Shown piece after piece: positions 44,369-55,720 of a stretch of 64,000 nucleotides of DNA. The notes under the pieces were generated by a model. The model did no database searches, had not been told where the DNA came from, and saw only the letters and a list, made by a program, of their open reading frames with translations. This DNA is from Piedraia hortae CBS 480.64. Taxonomy: Eukaryota. The DNA lies in assembly GCA_010093745.1 (NCBI GenBank), contig MU005962.1:62001-126000 (forward strand), in the 5' to 3' direction. The translations under genes and the position numbers were made by a program. How positions within the stretch are numbered: position 1 is the first letter of the stretch; every line of letters begins with the position of its first letter.

Positions 44369-47020
44369 ATGGCGTCCCAAGAATCTGAAATTCACCCCTT
44401 CTTCCGGAAGTCCGCCGCCATTCACGAACAAGGCGGCCAAGGCGTCGACCCTCTTGTGGAAGACCTGGCGCCAGAGCCGTCGGAGAAGCCGCGAAAAAGG
44501 CGCAAGAGAGAGAAAAAGCAGAAGACGCTGCAGGAAACAGTAGTCATGGACCAATGCGCTAATCCGAACAAGCGTCGGCGTACAAGTCAAGGGAATCAGG
44601 GTGAAGTTGAGCAGCAGAAGACGCCGCCAAGGAAGATGCTCTGTCTGAACGCCAACGGGACATTTGGCTCGCCGCCGAAACGTAAAGGACATAGGATCGT
44701 GACGATCAAATACGCTATAGGTCAAGAGCTCGGGGAGAGGATATCACGGATCCTCGCTGGAGAAGAGCGGATGCCACGCACATCTCAATCGTCGCAGAAA
44801 ACCCCTCATCCGTTCTTCAGCAGCAAGACGAAGAAATCCGTCCCGCCAAAGCAGGAGTCTCTGAGAAAGCTCGCAGCCACGACGCCAGGCAAGCTGAAGA
44901 TGCAAGTCAGCGACGGCAAGCCGTTGGAGGCCACTGAGAGCTCCCACGCGTTTGTATCTGCATTACTCCAAGACCGCTTCGTGACCAGAGAGCCAGGCGC
45001 AAAGGATGCTCCGTGGCCTAGCCAAGAACAGGCCCATGTCCGCGTGCCTGACCCAGAACACACTATAATAGAACAACTCCCCTTCCAACACCGCCGCCGC
45101 AAAGGACGCAACTGCATAATCTCACCCGAGGAATCCGTCCTCACCACATTCTTCTCAACCATAACCCCAGAAGAAGAACCCACACTCCGCCCAGACGGCT
45201 ATCCCTCGCCCCACAGTTCCATAAACCTCCCCAAGAAACTCCTCATATCCGGCCACGAAATCCGCAACCTTATCAACCCCGAACTAACCTCGGGTATGAA
45301 CCACCCCGCACTCCAAAACCTCTGGTCCGTCCTCCCCGATACCATGACCGCATACGATGACCTCCAGGGCGAATCGCGCTCTTGGTGTCAAAAATACTCT
45401 CCCCAAACCGCCTCTGACGTCCTCCAACCGTCCCAAGAAACTATCATCCTCAAAGACTGGCTTGCCTCTTTGACAATCAACTCCGTCGATAGCGCATCAA
45501 ACCGAAAAAAAGCCCCCAAAACAGACCCTAAGCTGAAAAAGAAGAAACGCAAAGCAGGAGATCTAGAGGATTTTATCGTCGAGGATGAGGAACTCGATGA
45601 GGTAGGCTCGCAGAGCAAGTCAGTTGTTCAGACGGATGGGATGAAGACGAGTAATGCGGTATTGATAAGTGGCCCGCACGGATGCGGGAAGACTGCGTCC
45701 GCGTATGCGGTGGCGAAAGAATTAAACTTTAAGGTTTTTGAGATCGGACCAAATGAGAGAAGGAGCGGGAAGGATGTGATTGATAGGATTGGGAATATGA
45801 TTGAGAATCATTTGATGAAGCATCATGGCGAGGGGGATATGCCGCGGAGGAGGATGGATGCGTTTTTTAAGCCGCAGAATACACTACACACGCAGAAAGC
45901 GCAAGGCGGGCAGAACACACAGAACCCGCAGAGCACACCAAACATGCAAAAGCAGAGCACGCAGAGCACGCAAAGCAATCAAGTCAAACAAAATTCCCCC
46001 CGCCTCCCCAAGACAGGCAACCCCCGCGACCAGCGGCAATCCCTCGTCCTCCTCGAAGAAATCGACATTCTCTTCCGCGAGGACCGAGAATTCTGGTCCA
46101 CAATCCTCCGACTCCTCGTAACTTCCAAACGTCCCTTCATCCTAACCTGTAACGACGAGGGAATGGTCCCTCTGCAGTCACTAAATCTGCATGCGATTCT
46201 GCGGTATACTCCCCCGCCGGTGGACCTTGCGGTTGATTATCTCCTCCTTTTAGCGGCGACGGAGGGTCATCTGCTTCGCCGGATCACGGTGGAGTGGGTT
46301 TATAGGGAGTGTGGGTATGATTTGAGGAGGAGTGTAATGTATCTCGATTTCTGGTGTCAGATGGGGATTGGGGATCCCCGTTCGGGGCTCGGGTGGGTTT
46401 TTCAGCGTTGGCCTCCTGGGAGTGATCGGGATGAGATGGGGAGGAGGGTGAGGGTAGTTAGTCTTGGGACGGTTTCGCTGCCCTGTAAGGGGGAAGCAGA
46501 CGAGGAGAATGCGGGAGGTCTTAAAGCCCGTTCAAGGGCCCTGGATACCCTCAGTGCAAGCGATATCATGACGGCGAGAAGCCAGCGTCAGGACCCGACA
46601 GTCCCACCCCTGGCGGAGAGAATGAGAGGTCAGTTCGTGGAGGGACTGTGGGTTGTGCAGGATGAGCCTGTTTTCTCGACGACATTGGGAGGGGGGTCTA
46701 CCCTCCCGCATGTCCAGGGTTTGGGTGTCTCGCCTAGGGAGCTTCTCCAGCCACTGGCCAACCTCCTCCCTTCGTCGATAGCACTACTCACCCTCCCCTC
46801 GTCTTCTATCGCCTGTGACATCGCGCCCTTCGTCCGCGCGATTGTGAGGTATGAACTCGCCGTCGAAGCGGGTGCAAAGGGGAGAAGGACTCGCGCGGCG
46901 AGGAGTGCGGTTCTATCGGAATCGCGAGGGGAGGTGAGGAGGATGAAGTGGTTTCGTGGTGAGGTTGATGCTGAGGGGATACTGAATACCGGAGGGGAGT
47001 GGGGGGTGGGATATGTATAA
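44369..47020 (+). CDS. ELG1: Elg1/ATAD5-like RFC large subunit AAA+ ATPase
   Basis: WCQKYSP, Walker A GPHGCGKT, FEI...RRSGKD, LVLLEEIDILF, SKRPFILTCND and DLRR. The start could be 44348. Confidence 0.85.
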   Translation: MASQESEIHPFFRKSAAIHEQGGQGVDPLVEDLAPEPSEKPRKRRKREKKQKTLQETVVMDQCANPNKRRRTSQGNQGEVEQQKTPPRKMLCLNANGTFGSPPKRKGHRIVTIKYAIGQELGERISRILAGEERMPRTSQSSQKTPHPFFSSKTKKSVPPKQESLRKLAATTPGKLKMQVSDGKPLEATESSHAFVSALLQDRFVTREPGAKDAPWPSQEQAHVRVPDPEHTIIEQLPFQHRRRKGRNCIISPEESVLTTFFSTITPEEEPTLRPDGYPSPHSSINLPKKLLISGHEIRNLINPELTSGMNHPALQNLWSVLPDTMTAYDDLQGESRSWCQKYSPQTASDVLQPSQETIILKDWLASLTINSVDSASNRKKAPKTDPKLKKKKRKAGDLEDFIVEDEELDEVGSQSKSVVQTDGMKTSNAVLISGPHGCGKTASAYAVAKELNFKVFEIGPNERRSGKDVIDRIGNMIENHLMKHHGEGDMPRRRMDAFFKPQNTLHTQKAQGGQNTQNPQSTPNMQKQSTQSTQSNQVKQNSPRLPKTGNPRDQRQSLVLLEEIDILFREDREFWSTILRLLVTSKRPFILTCNDEGMVPLQSLNLHAILRYTPPPVDLAVDYLLLLAATEGHLLRRITVEWVYRECGYDLRRSVMYLDFWCQMGIGDPRSGLGWVFQRWPPGSDRDEMGRRVRVVSLGTVSLPCKGEADEENAGGLKARSRALDTLSASDIMTARSQRQDPTVPPLAERMRGQFVEGLWVVQDEPVFSTTLGGGSTLPHVQGLGVSPRELLQPLANLLPSSIALLTLPSSSIACDIAPFVRAIVRYELAVEAGAKGRRTRAARSAVLSESRGEVRRMKWFRGEVDAEGILNTGGEWGVGYV

Positions 47021-47127
47021 GTGATGGAATCATTTTTTCTGTTCGCAAGATAAATGGGGGTTTGCATGGTGTGTATGTACATAGATGGGTGGATATGAGT
47101 GCATGGCGGATAGTTTGTGGAGAATGA

Positions 47128-47146
47128 TTATATATATATATATATA
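47128..47146. repeat. (AT)n microsatellite
   Basis: Directly visible. Confidence 0.85.
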
Positions 47147-47425
47147 TTTTTCGAATGGTTATGTGGTCCACAGTTGATCTCCATTGTGCGAGCTTAATGC
47201 CAGTGGGTTTGGTGGGGATGTGAAAAATGTAGGAAAGCGTCAGCTATGATTCAAATGCTGCGGGGCCATCTCACAATTACTTGAACAGAAAAATTCCTTT
47301 CTCAGTCTCGAGAACCATGCACGCAGCACCCTAGAGATATATGGATGGTAGGAAAACTTTGTCACAAGCTATCTAATATCAGGCCATAGAAATCTTCCAA
47401 TCAAAGGATCCTGTCATCCTCCCAA

Positions 47426-48664
47426 TCAATTCACCGCATGAGCAGCAGCCATGACATCAAGCACCGCAATCTGTGAATGACTAGTCGGCATTTCAAACGG
47501 TCCATTCCACCACGGTCCATACTGCCCATTTCCATTCGTATTCCTTTCCAGTTGACTGTTCAGGTTGATATTGACAAACGTCTTGATTAGGTCCTTAGTA
47601 CGCTCAGCCATCGGGTCACCGGACCTAGTCTGGTCGATGAGGGTATACAAAATGGCCAGGTTACGCATCAAGACGGATTTGAACCCGACAGAATCGTTAT
47701 TCTCAGCAGGATTATGCGTTCCAGGGCCAAATGCCGAGCGTTCCGTCAAGACACCATTCTTGTCTACCCAAGTGGGATTGCGCATAGCGCGGTGGGCGAT
47801 ATGGCACGCAAGTTTCAGGTAGCCTTCGTCACAGCTTTCCTTGTACAGCAATGAGCAAACGCCAAGGACGACGCCCGTGGTATATGTAAAAGTCCAGTCG
47901 TTGGATGTGCCATCTTTGGTAAGAAACCCATCCAGAACCACAGCCTCATCGGGACGGTAGCGACAGCGGAGGATCCAGGAAAGCGAACAATGCGCGGCAT
48001 CAACATACTGCTCACGAGAACCACCGCCCAGGACGCTCTGCAGTTTGTTCAAGTGCGGAATCTTGCTGAGATGGGGATGTTTGGGAACATCAAACTCAGC
48101 CAGACGGAGACTAAGTTCAGCATAGAGACCCGATGAGATGGAGTTAATCTGGCCCTCGTCCGGTCTTGTCGTCCAATAACATCCGCCTTCCATGTCATGA
48201 TCTTGGAACCTCATCTGCCCTTTACCGCACACGGACTTGGTGCGGTAGACATGCTGCCAGACACCGCGTGCCGTGTCCAGGAACCAGCTGTCGCCGCCGA
48301 GGCGGTACATATGGCAGCAGCAAACGGCAAACCACAGAGTGTCATCATTGAATTCGTTGATCAGCCCAGGACGACGGGCCTCACACTTACGCATCGCCTC
48401 AGCCACGCGGGCGTAGTTATGCTTGGTGGACGACCAAATATCGTGGAGGGCAATGGCTGTAAAGGCGTTGGCCGTCTGCCACCATCCAATTCCGCCAATT
48501 TCGCCGTCATTTTGGAGTGAAAGTAGTGCCATATCAATCGCCCGCTGCGTTATTTCACTCAGATTAGCCGGTGATGGGGTCTGATTATTGGCCCATGGCG
48601 GCATCTCATGAGGCCAGTTACAGCCCACTTCAATGGCATGCTCAATTGCACTTCCCCTGGCCAT
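47426..48664 (-). CDS. Glycoside hydrolase family 76 (alpha-1,6-mannanase-like), no obvious signal peptide
   Basis: WWQTAN, catalytic NDDTLW, GGCYW, NSIS..LY, WTFTYTTGV and FKSVLMRNL. Confidence 0.85.
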   Translation of the reverse strand: MARGSAIEHAIEVGCNWPHEMPPWANNQTPSPANLSEITQRAIDMALLSLQNDGEIGGIGWWQTANAFTAIALHDIWSSTKHNYARVAEAMRKCEARRPGLINEFNDDTLWFAVCCCHMYRLGGDSWFLDTARGVWQHVYRTKSVCGKGQMRFQDHDMEGGCYWTTRPDEGQINSISSGLYAELSLRLAEFDVPKHPHLSKIPHLNKLQSVLGGGSREQYVDAAHCSLSWILRCRYRPDEAVVLDGFLTKDGTSNDWTFTYTTGVVLGVCSLLYKESCDEGYLKLACHIAHRAMRNPTWVDKNGVLTERSAFGPGTHNPAENNDSVGFKSVLMRNLAILYTLIDQTRSGDPMAERTKDLIKTFVNINLNSQLERNTNGNGQYGPWWNGPFEMPTSHSQIAVLDVMAAAHAVN

Positions 48665-49107
48665 TGTTGAAAGAGATGTGAGAGAGTGAGTGGTAGGAGT
48701 ATCGATAGACTGGCGCTGACCGTAATAAAGCCGTCATGAGGTCATCAATTTTCAGTTTGCGGAAGCTACGATCGATCGGAGGGAGACTCTTTCTTTGCCA
48801 GCACCTGCTTGCTCTGATGTCATCTGCTGCTCACTCGCATCTCCCTTGGCTAGATTTGAGTGACAGTTGATAATCGCATGACTGACGTTGAGTACCTCAC
48901 AGCCTTGACGATGACCAGATGTAAAAAGATTGCAGTGATGTATAACGGGGCCAAATACCTATATCGACACGCACAAATCAAAGTTTTCACACAATAATCA
49001 TCATATTCCCTGATATGCATACAATAACCCATGCTCCAAAAAAAAAAAAAAAAAACTTCTCCAATCGTACACTGCCTTTTCCAAATCTATACGGTCCACA
49101 ACTCCAA

Positions 49108-49662
49108 TCACGGCTCCAGCGCCACTGGACAAGGAATCGACGGCCCAACAAGCTTCTCCATATCCTCCTGCTTCAACAACCTCCAGTAGATATCCAACTG
49201 AGAACGCAAAAGCTGCGAGAGTCGGCGCTCCTCACGTAATTCCGCCTCCAGCTGTTCAATCTTCTGCTTCTGTCGCATACGAAATCGCTGTTGGTTGAGC
49301 CGATTCTGCGCTTTTCTGCTTTCTGCCTTGTCCATACTCATAGACATATACTGCTGATCGCTCGCTGGCCCTGCTTCACATCTTGATCCCTGAGATGGGG
49401 ATGGAGATATTGACACTGCACATCCCTGCGTTATCCCCGGCCTTCCTTGCTCAAGGGTACACCTGCCATGGGACTGCTCAATGAGTTTCGGATCGATGAC
49501 GCTTGCTAAAGACGGCAAGACCTGTGGCTTTTTGCCTGCTGGAGTTTCACTTCTCTTCCTCTTGATAGGCCGTTCGTACTGAGATGCAAGTGGCCCGGTT
49601 GGTGTTGGTGACTCTATCTTTTCCATGTACAAAGGCATCCCTGCCACGTTTCCGCGCTGCAT
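49108..49662 (-). CDS. bZIP transcription factor; 5' end uncertain
   Basis: Basic region SRKAQNRLNQQRFRMRQKQKIEQLEAEL followed by a heptad of leucines. Confidence 0.7.
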   Translation of the reverse strand: MQRGNVAGMPLYMEKIESPTPTGPLASQYERPIKRKRSETPAGKKPQVLPSLASVIDPKLIEQSHGRCTLEQGRPGITQGCAVSISPSPSQGSRCEAGPASDQQYMSMSMDKAESRKAQNRLNQQRFRMRQKQKIEQLEAELREERRLSQLLRSQLDIYWRLLKQEDMEKLVGPSIPCPVALEP

Positions 49663-50125
49663 GCATGGTGCTGGTTCTGGAGAAAGAATCAGCACTGACC
49701 ATTGGCAAAGTGTACACGCCCACCATTGACAGAATTTGTTCCCTTGGGCAAAAGGTAAGCGAACGACTTGCTAAGGGGTCTACTGCCACTGGTTGAGGTC
49801 ATGATGACTTTCTCTGCATCAGCGCGTTTCGCAATGACTTATTGGTTGTGAGCTTGTGAAGAAAGGTTGCGGAGCGCGGTTTGGACATGGCTGAGACCTG
49901 ATAGAGGGAAGGAGTGACGATGAAGTTTCCAATGGGAAGGAGCGAAGGATAGCCCACATCTGCGATAGTCCATTCAACCTGCCCCTCTCAACAACACACC
50001 CATCTAAAGAAAACATCGATATGCCAAGATATCAGCACTGCCCGATCCGGACAGGCGATCTCGTGCCTTCCTAATTCACCATCCCATCAAGAAAGTCAAA
50101 ACGTAATCCCACCCAAAAAAAAAGC

Positions 50126-50634
50126 ATGACCGACGACTGGAAAACACAATACCTCCAATCCCTCACCCACCGCGACGAGCGCGAGCAAAAATACTCCAAA
50201 TACATCAACTCATGTACATCCCCCCTTTCACCCAACGCGCCCAACTAACCCATCAATCAGACACCCTCCTCGCCGACCGCCAACCCACCCTAACCCTCAG
50301 CCCCGCATCTAACCCTGCAGCACGAACCGCACATCTCCAACTCGCCCACGACGCGTTAACCTCAAAACACACCTCCACCCAAGCGCAGCTTGAATCTCTA
50401 AAAAAGCAGACGGTTTTACTTCAGAGGAGGTTAAGGGATCGTGAAGAGGAGGCAGCGGAGAAGAGTAAACTCGTGCAGAACGCGCATGATGAGATGGTCG
50501 CAATGAATTTACAGCTCAGTATGGCAGAGCAGAAGGCAGACAAGTTGGAGAAGGAGAATAAGGAGTTGGTGGATAGGTGGGTGAAGAGGATGGAGGTCGA
50601 GGTTGAGGAGATGAATGAGAGGTCGAGGTGGTAG
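50126..50634 (+). CDS. ATG16: Autophagy protein Atg16 (short coiled-coil form), 2 exons
   Basis: MTDDWKTQYLQSLTHRDERE (Atg5-binding helix) and intron 50214-50260. Then LRDREEE...HDEMVAMNLQLSMAE...LEKENKELVDRW. Confidence 0.88.
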
Positions 50635-51161
50635 GGATTAACATAGCAGGGGAAGGGATAGTATGTGTTCGTGTAAGCACGAGTGGTTCGAGACAGGTGA
50701 TAGCGCGTTTTCATGATAAAGTGTATACTGTGCAATCATGGGTCTTACAGAACAGGTGACTGTGTGTATACTCGTTCATAGACAACTGCCACTGCCTAAA
50801 CATATCCCTCTGACACAAATCTAACTCAATCAGAGAACAAAGCACAACGGAAAGTTGTTAAGAGACAGGATTATCTACCGGGTATGAACCGCACCGCTAA
50901 GAGTAAGAAAACCAAAAAAAAAAAAACCGCCCTGATGCCATTCACCCTTCATACAGTTCGCCCCTTCAACGCCATTGTCCGAGAGAGACAGCAGTGAAAG
51001 TTCCATCGACGCCGACAGACCGGGAAAATGGTCGCTGCAGAACCCAGTTGGGTGGAAGAAAAAGGAAAAAACGGTTCCGGCCCCCGGTGCTGCTTTCCGA
51101 TTAAGACGTGCCGTCGTACACTCATGATTCATCATCAAGAGAAAAATCTGGGTAGATTTCC

Positions 51162-52741
51162 CTACCACGGCCGAGAGTCAGGCAGACCGAAACCCCGAGC
51201 CATTTCGGCTGAGACAAAGGTGGCTGCACGCTTGTAGCGGGATTCCGAGTATTTCTCAAAAACTGCGCCATGGTGGCGTTTTGGATCCTCGCAGCACTCG
51301 GCGAGGGCCGTTAGAAGAGGGCGAAGCTGCTTGAGAGTGTGCTGAGAATAGTGCACGTGTGCGGGCGTCCAGTCGCCTTTACGGAGCATGAACCGAGCCA
51401 GACAGTGGGCTCCTGCGGCAAGATAGCTGGGATAACAGCCGACAAAGCGCTCGTCCATGATGGTGATTTCCAAAAAGTATTTGGCTAGAGTGCGCGTCTC
51501 GAGGTCATAATCGTCGGCCTTGCTGATGCGGCGGAGAAAGCTCATCGGACCGGGCCAGCCAAGCTCAAACTGAAGCATGCTCAACATGAAACGCTCAGCT
51601 TTGAGCAACTCCTCGGCTGTGTATCCACCATCGACCATGTACACAATCTCAGCCATGGTCGGGCACTGCACTTCTTCGTACTTGGCTGCGATGAAGATTG
51701 CCGTGGCTCCCACGAGCTGCAGCTTGTTAAGCGAAACAACTTTGCATGACAGGAAGCGATCAATGTAGTTGACTGTGAGGAACAGCGTCTCAGGCAACAG
51801 GTTAAATCGCTGATGCACTTGTACCACCCAGTCCATCAACACCGCACGCATCGACCACTGAATCTCGGCCTGCTGTTCCATATATCGCGGATTCGGCGCC
51901 ATCGATCTCTCCAGCTTGCGCATGTAAGCGAAAATCTCGGTCCCGTATTCGGCCACCATCGAGATGTCCCACTTCTCGTCCTCGACATCCTCAGGCAATA
52001 TCGTCTCCTCGACCACCGCTGCCGCCGCACGCAGCTCGCGACGCACCTGTTCAGAGCATTCGGGCATCACGATTATCGTTGTCGCCCCGTCCTGGTCGCC
52101 ATGCAGCCCAAACGACTGCGTTGCAACATAGCTGTCATCGTAGACTTCGGTCTCCACCGTGTCGTTGGGGCGAGACACAGGCAGCGCGTCTCTTTGATCT
52201 GTGGAATCTCGTTGTGACTGAACAGCGCGTCTTGATTCCTCGTGGCGTGACTGTGGAGGCGCATGATCCCATGCCTTGTCGTCCTTGACCACAATGGCTC
52301 GTTCTGCATTGCGTGCTTTGGGGGCAACCGGACGCGTAGCCGGACGCGTCAAGGCAGCGGGCGCGGGCTGAGCGACATCGCGCACCACAATCTTGTCAGG
52401 TGACGCCTTGCCAATCTCAGAGTCGTCCTTGACAACTCGACGATTCGTCACGTCCCCGAGAATCTTCTTGGCCTGTCTGGCCGCTCCACCTTGCACGAGA
52501 GCAGAGAGCGCCGGTGATGACTTGGTACGCTTATTAAGAGACTTCATGCCCGCGACCTTTGCGACTGCAGCTGGCAAAGCAACCGGCGCGTTCTCGTCCT
52601 GCACGCGCAGTGCACGGAGTCTTTGCGGCTGTTTAGGCGACGTCAGCAAATGCGCGGCACAACGGCACAACGGCACAATGTCGATCGCAGGGCAGATCGC
52701 AAGACAGATTGCAAGGCGATGACACTTACTTTGGCATCCAT
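51162..52741 (-). CDS. B-type G2/M cyclin (Clb3/4-like), 2 exons
   Basis: Micro-exon MDAK, then intron 52729-52629. D-box-like KKILGDVTN and cyclin box MRAVLMDWVVQVH...LFLTVNYIDRFLS...LQLVG...IAAKYEE. Confidence 0.92.
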
Positions 52742-53632
52742 TGCTGAGGGTAAAACGGAAAGAGGTGTCGGTAAGGTCTAGTAGTACGCGCGCGTCCAAG
52801 TGCGTGTTTGGGTTGTTGTTGGAGCAACGACACGGCGAGGTAAGGCGGAACGGAGTGTGTCGAGGGTAGGGGACGGAGGTCGGAGTAACGCGACAAAGGT
52901 GGGCGAATATCGCTGCTTAGAAAGGTGGTGGACGAGGGGAATAGTTAGATGCGGTTGGAAGGCGTCGCAGATTGTGTTTACTTTGGGAGAGCATTGGCTC
53001 GTGCTTATAGACGCAGCAAGGGCCGGCATGGCAACGACAACCCGGCACCGGTTCGGTCCGTTCCCTTTCACACCTACATCTCCTTGTCCTGTCTCTCGAA
53101 GCCTTTTATGCAAGCCCCAACATGTCTTGCTTGAAATGTCTCCTCATCAGCCATCGACCCTGATCTGGAACAATTTTCAAAGAAACCTGTCCCTGCATAT
53201 CTTGCTGTAAACTGCCCAATTGGACTCAGATTGCAGGACTCAGCAAATCAAATTCAACTGTGGACGGACCACAACCGTTATGACTGTCAGACTTGTCAGG
53301 AGAATTTTCTCCTTGCAAGCACCAATCGTTGATCTTGTGCCCGGAGAGCGATGCCATGTAATCGGTTTGTGTGCATTTCAAGCAATAACGGAAACGACCA
53401 TTAAGCGGTGCCCCGTTGCCAATAGCATGCCAATAGCATCTCTCTTCTACCGATGAAACAGCCCAAATGGGCACGTTTCCAGTGTCTGACATTGTTAGTA
53501 GTTGTCATGTCTCACTTGCACACGGATCTTGCGAGCCTATTCACGCTCGAGTAAGTTTGACTTCTTGAATGACTAATGGAACGACGTTGCTCTACATAAC
53601 GGCTAAGCCGCGTAGTCCCTTGATTCGATCGT

Positions 53633-54278
53633 CTACTTCAGCGGGATGTAGCGCGAAGAGTGAGTGGCGCCGATACCGGGACGGCCGTGCTTGACAGGAC
53701 GGTAAGAGATGGAGAATTCGCCGAGGTAGTGGCCTACCATCTCGGGCTTGATCTCGACCGTGTTGAACTCCTTGCCGCTGTACACCCCAACGACTGAGCC
53801 AATCATCTCCGGCACAATGATCATATCGCGCAGGTGCGTCTTGACCGTGTCCGGCTTTTCGTTGGGCTTGGCTTCCTGCTTAGCCTTGCGCAGTTTCTTG
53901 ATGAGGCCCATAGGCTTGCGCTTAAGACCACGATTGAATCGGCGTCGGGCGCGCGCATGGACAACATCACGCAGCTGTTCGCTTGAGAGATCGAGAAGAC
54001 TGCGATTCTTATCAGCGCGCTGAGCTGGCATCGTCGCTAAAGCATCTTACTCATCGAGGTCGATACCGCGATACGAAAACTTGCGAAAAGCTCTCTTCTT
54101 CTTCAACTCTGCAATAGCAAACCCATGTTAGCCGATATCCCATCTGCCAGCGCCCCTTTGTGGCCTGTCCACAGGGTTTTAACCAAAGATATCCATACCG
54201 GCAGCAGCCTCGGGGTCCTGTGGATGTCAGTGCCAGTAACCTTTGTATCTGTTATCATACGTAGTCTGCGTCAGCCAT
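53633..54278 (-). CDS. RPS15: 40S ribosomal protein S15 (uS19), 4 exons
   Basis: Exons 54278-54261, 54217-54199, 54108-54051 and 53999-53633 give [36 protein letters not shown]...[17 protein letters not shown]...HSSRYIPLK. Confidence 0.96.
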
Positions 54279-55600
54279 GTTTGGCAATGAGGTGAGTCCG
54301 ACTACGAGGTTTGGTGGGGAGTGTGCAGTGGCTTGGCAAACGAATCGGGAAGGTTTGCCGAGCTGCGTTGTCACAAGCTGGCTCCTGTCAATGCTGGGTT
54401 TCCAATGGCCCAGTTCGAGAGTAGAGCGGATGTAAAAGGTGCATATGCTCCAGATTGCAGTTGCGCATATAGTAGGTACCTATCGCGAACGACATGGTTC
54501 AAAATCCTGACAAACATGCTGGTCAATGAAATGTGTTACACCCGAAAGTTCCAGGCCGTCGGGATGAGCAGATTTTCCACATGACTTTATTCCATGTACA
54601 CCTGAGCATAAATGTTTCCTCATGCAATGAAAACAGCTTGGCCGATACTGGATTGCATTGAAAGCTGCGGCCTTGAAAATTGAAAAAGGGTCTTTCGGAT
54701 CCCTGCACGCCAGCAAGGATACTGGCACAATGACGTAATAGCTACCCCACATTAACAAAGGCCCGACGCGTTCCCCCGCAGCTGTTGACTGCGGGGCTGT
54801 GTCGCGGACTTGGCGCGTGAGCACGTGCTCCGAAGTGGGGTTATAAGAGGGCGAAGGGCCAGACGAAAGAAGACATGTGCGAGGGAATTGTGGCGCAAAT
54901 ACGCCTAAGTGAATCGCATTAGTCTTATCACGCCACTAATCTTGCTGTCTTGCTGGCGCGAGCTACTTTGGCTATGCGCGACAGGCATGAAGCGCGGCGG
55001 CAAAGCAGCCGACCAGTTGGTGGCAGATGCAGCGGACAGCGCATGCGCCCGCCGTTGTCCCGCCCACATCCTCGTTGCGGGTTGGGCAAGGAAGTGGGAA
55101 GGGTAGCGGCGGGGTGGCAGTAGTGGCAACTGAAGATAGACTAGCACTAGAGCGAGTTATGGAGTTATGCGAACGGGGGGAGGGGTTTAGTGGTACAATA
55201 AACACAAGTGTTGGGTGATTGTTGTATGTGGGCCCCAAGTCCCCGAGTCGCCTCGCTTCTCCAATTCTCTCCGACACATCTCCCAAACCCTTTCTGAACT
55301 CACACATTCGTCCCATCGCACTCTCACATCCTCTGCAGTCCATCCATCCCTTCACATTCACAGCCCCTTGCATACACAGTTCACACTGTCTGCTGTCCGC
55401 ACAGGCTCGCCCTGACTCCCTCTGCTCGCTTGAGCAAAGCGACCGCCTTGGCTTGAGGCGGCCCTCGTGGCAAGGCGAGGGCCCTTGGCTCAGTACTGCG
55501 ACTATTGTCTGCTGACGCGACCAGTGGTGCGTGTCTACTTCGCTCGAGCGATCGCGCACTGTACTGCGCCGCCGACGCGCCGTCGCCCTCGGTCGGCTCG

Positions 55601-55660
55601 NNNNNNNNNNNNNNNNNNNNNNNNNNNNNNNNNNNNNNNNNNNNNNNNNNNNNNNNNNNN
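55601..55660. other. Assembly gap (60 N)
   Basis: Run of N characters. Confidence 1.
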
Positions 55661-55720
55661 TATCCGCGCTGCACCTGCTGACACTTCTTGATGCATAGGC
55701 TTCGTTCTGCGACTGTCGCG

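Noticed and set aside
54440..54720. Possible H/ACA snoRNA upstream of RPS15 (hairpins and an ACATTT)
   Set aside because: No properly placed ANANNA H box or recognisable guide sequence was found.
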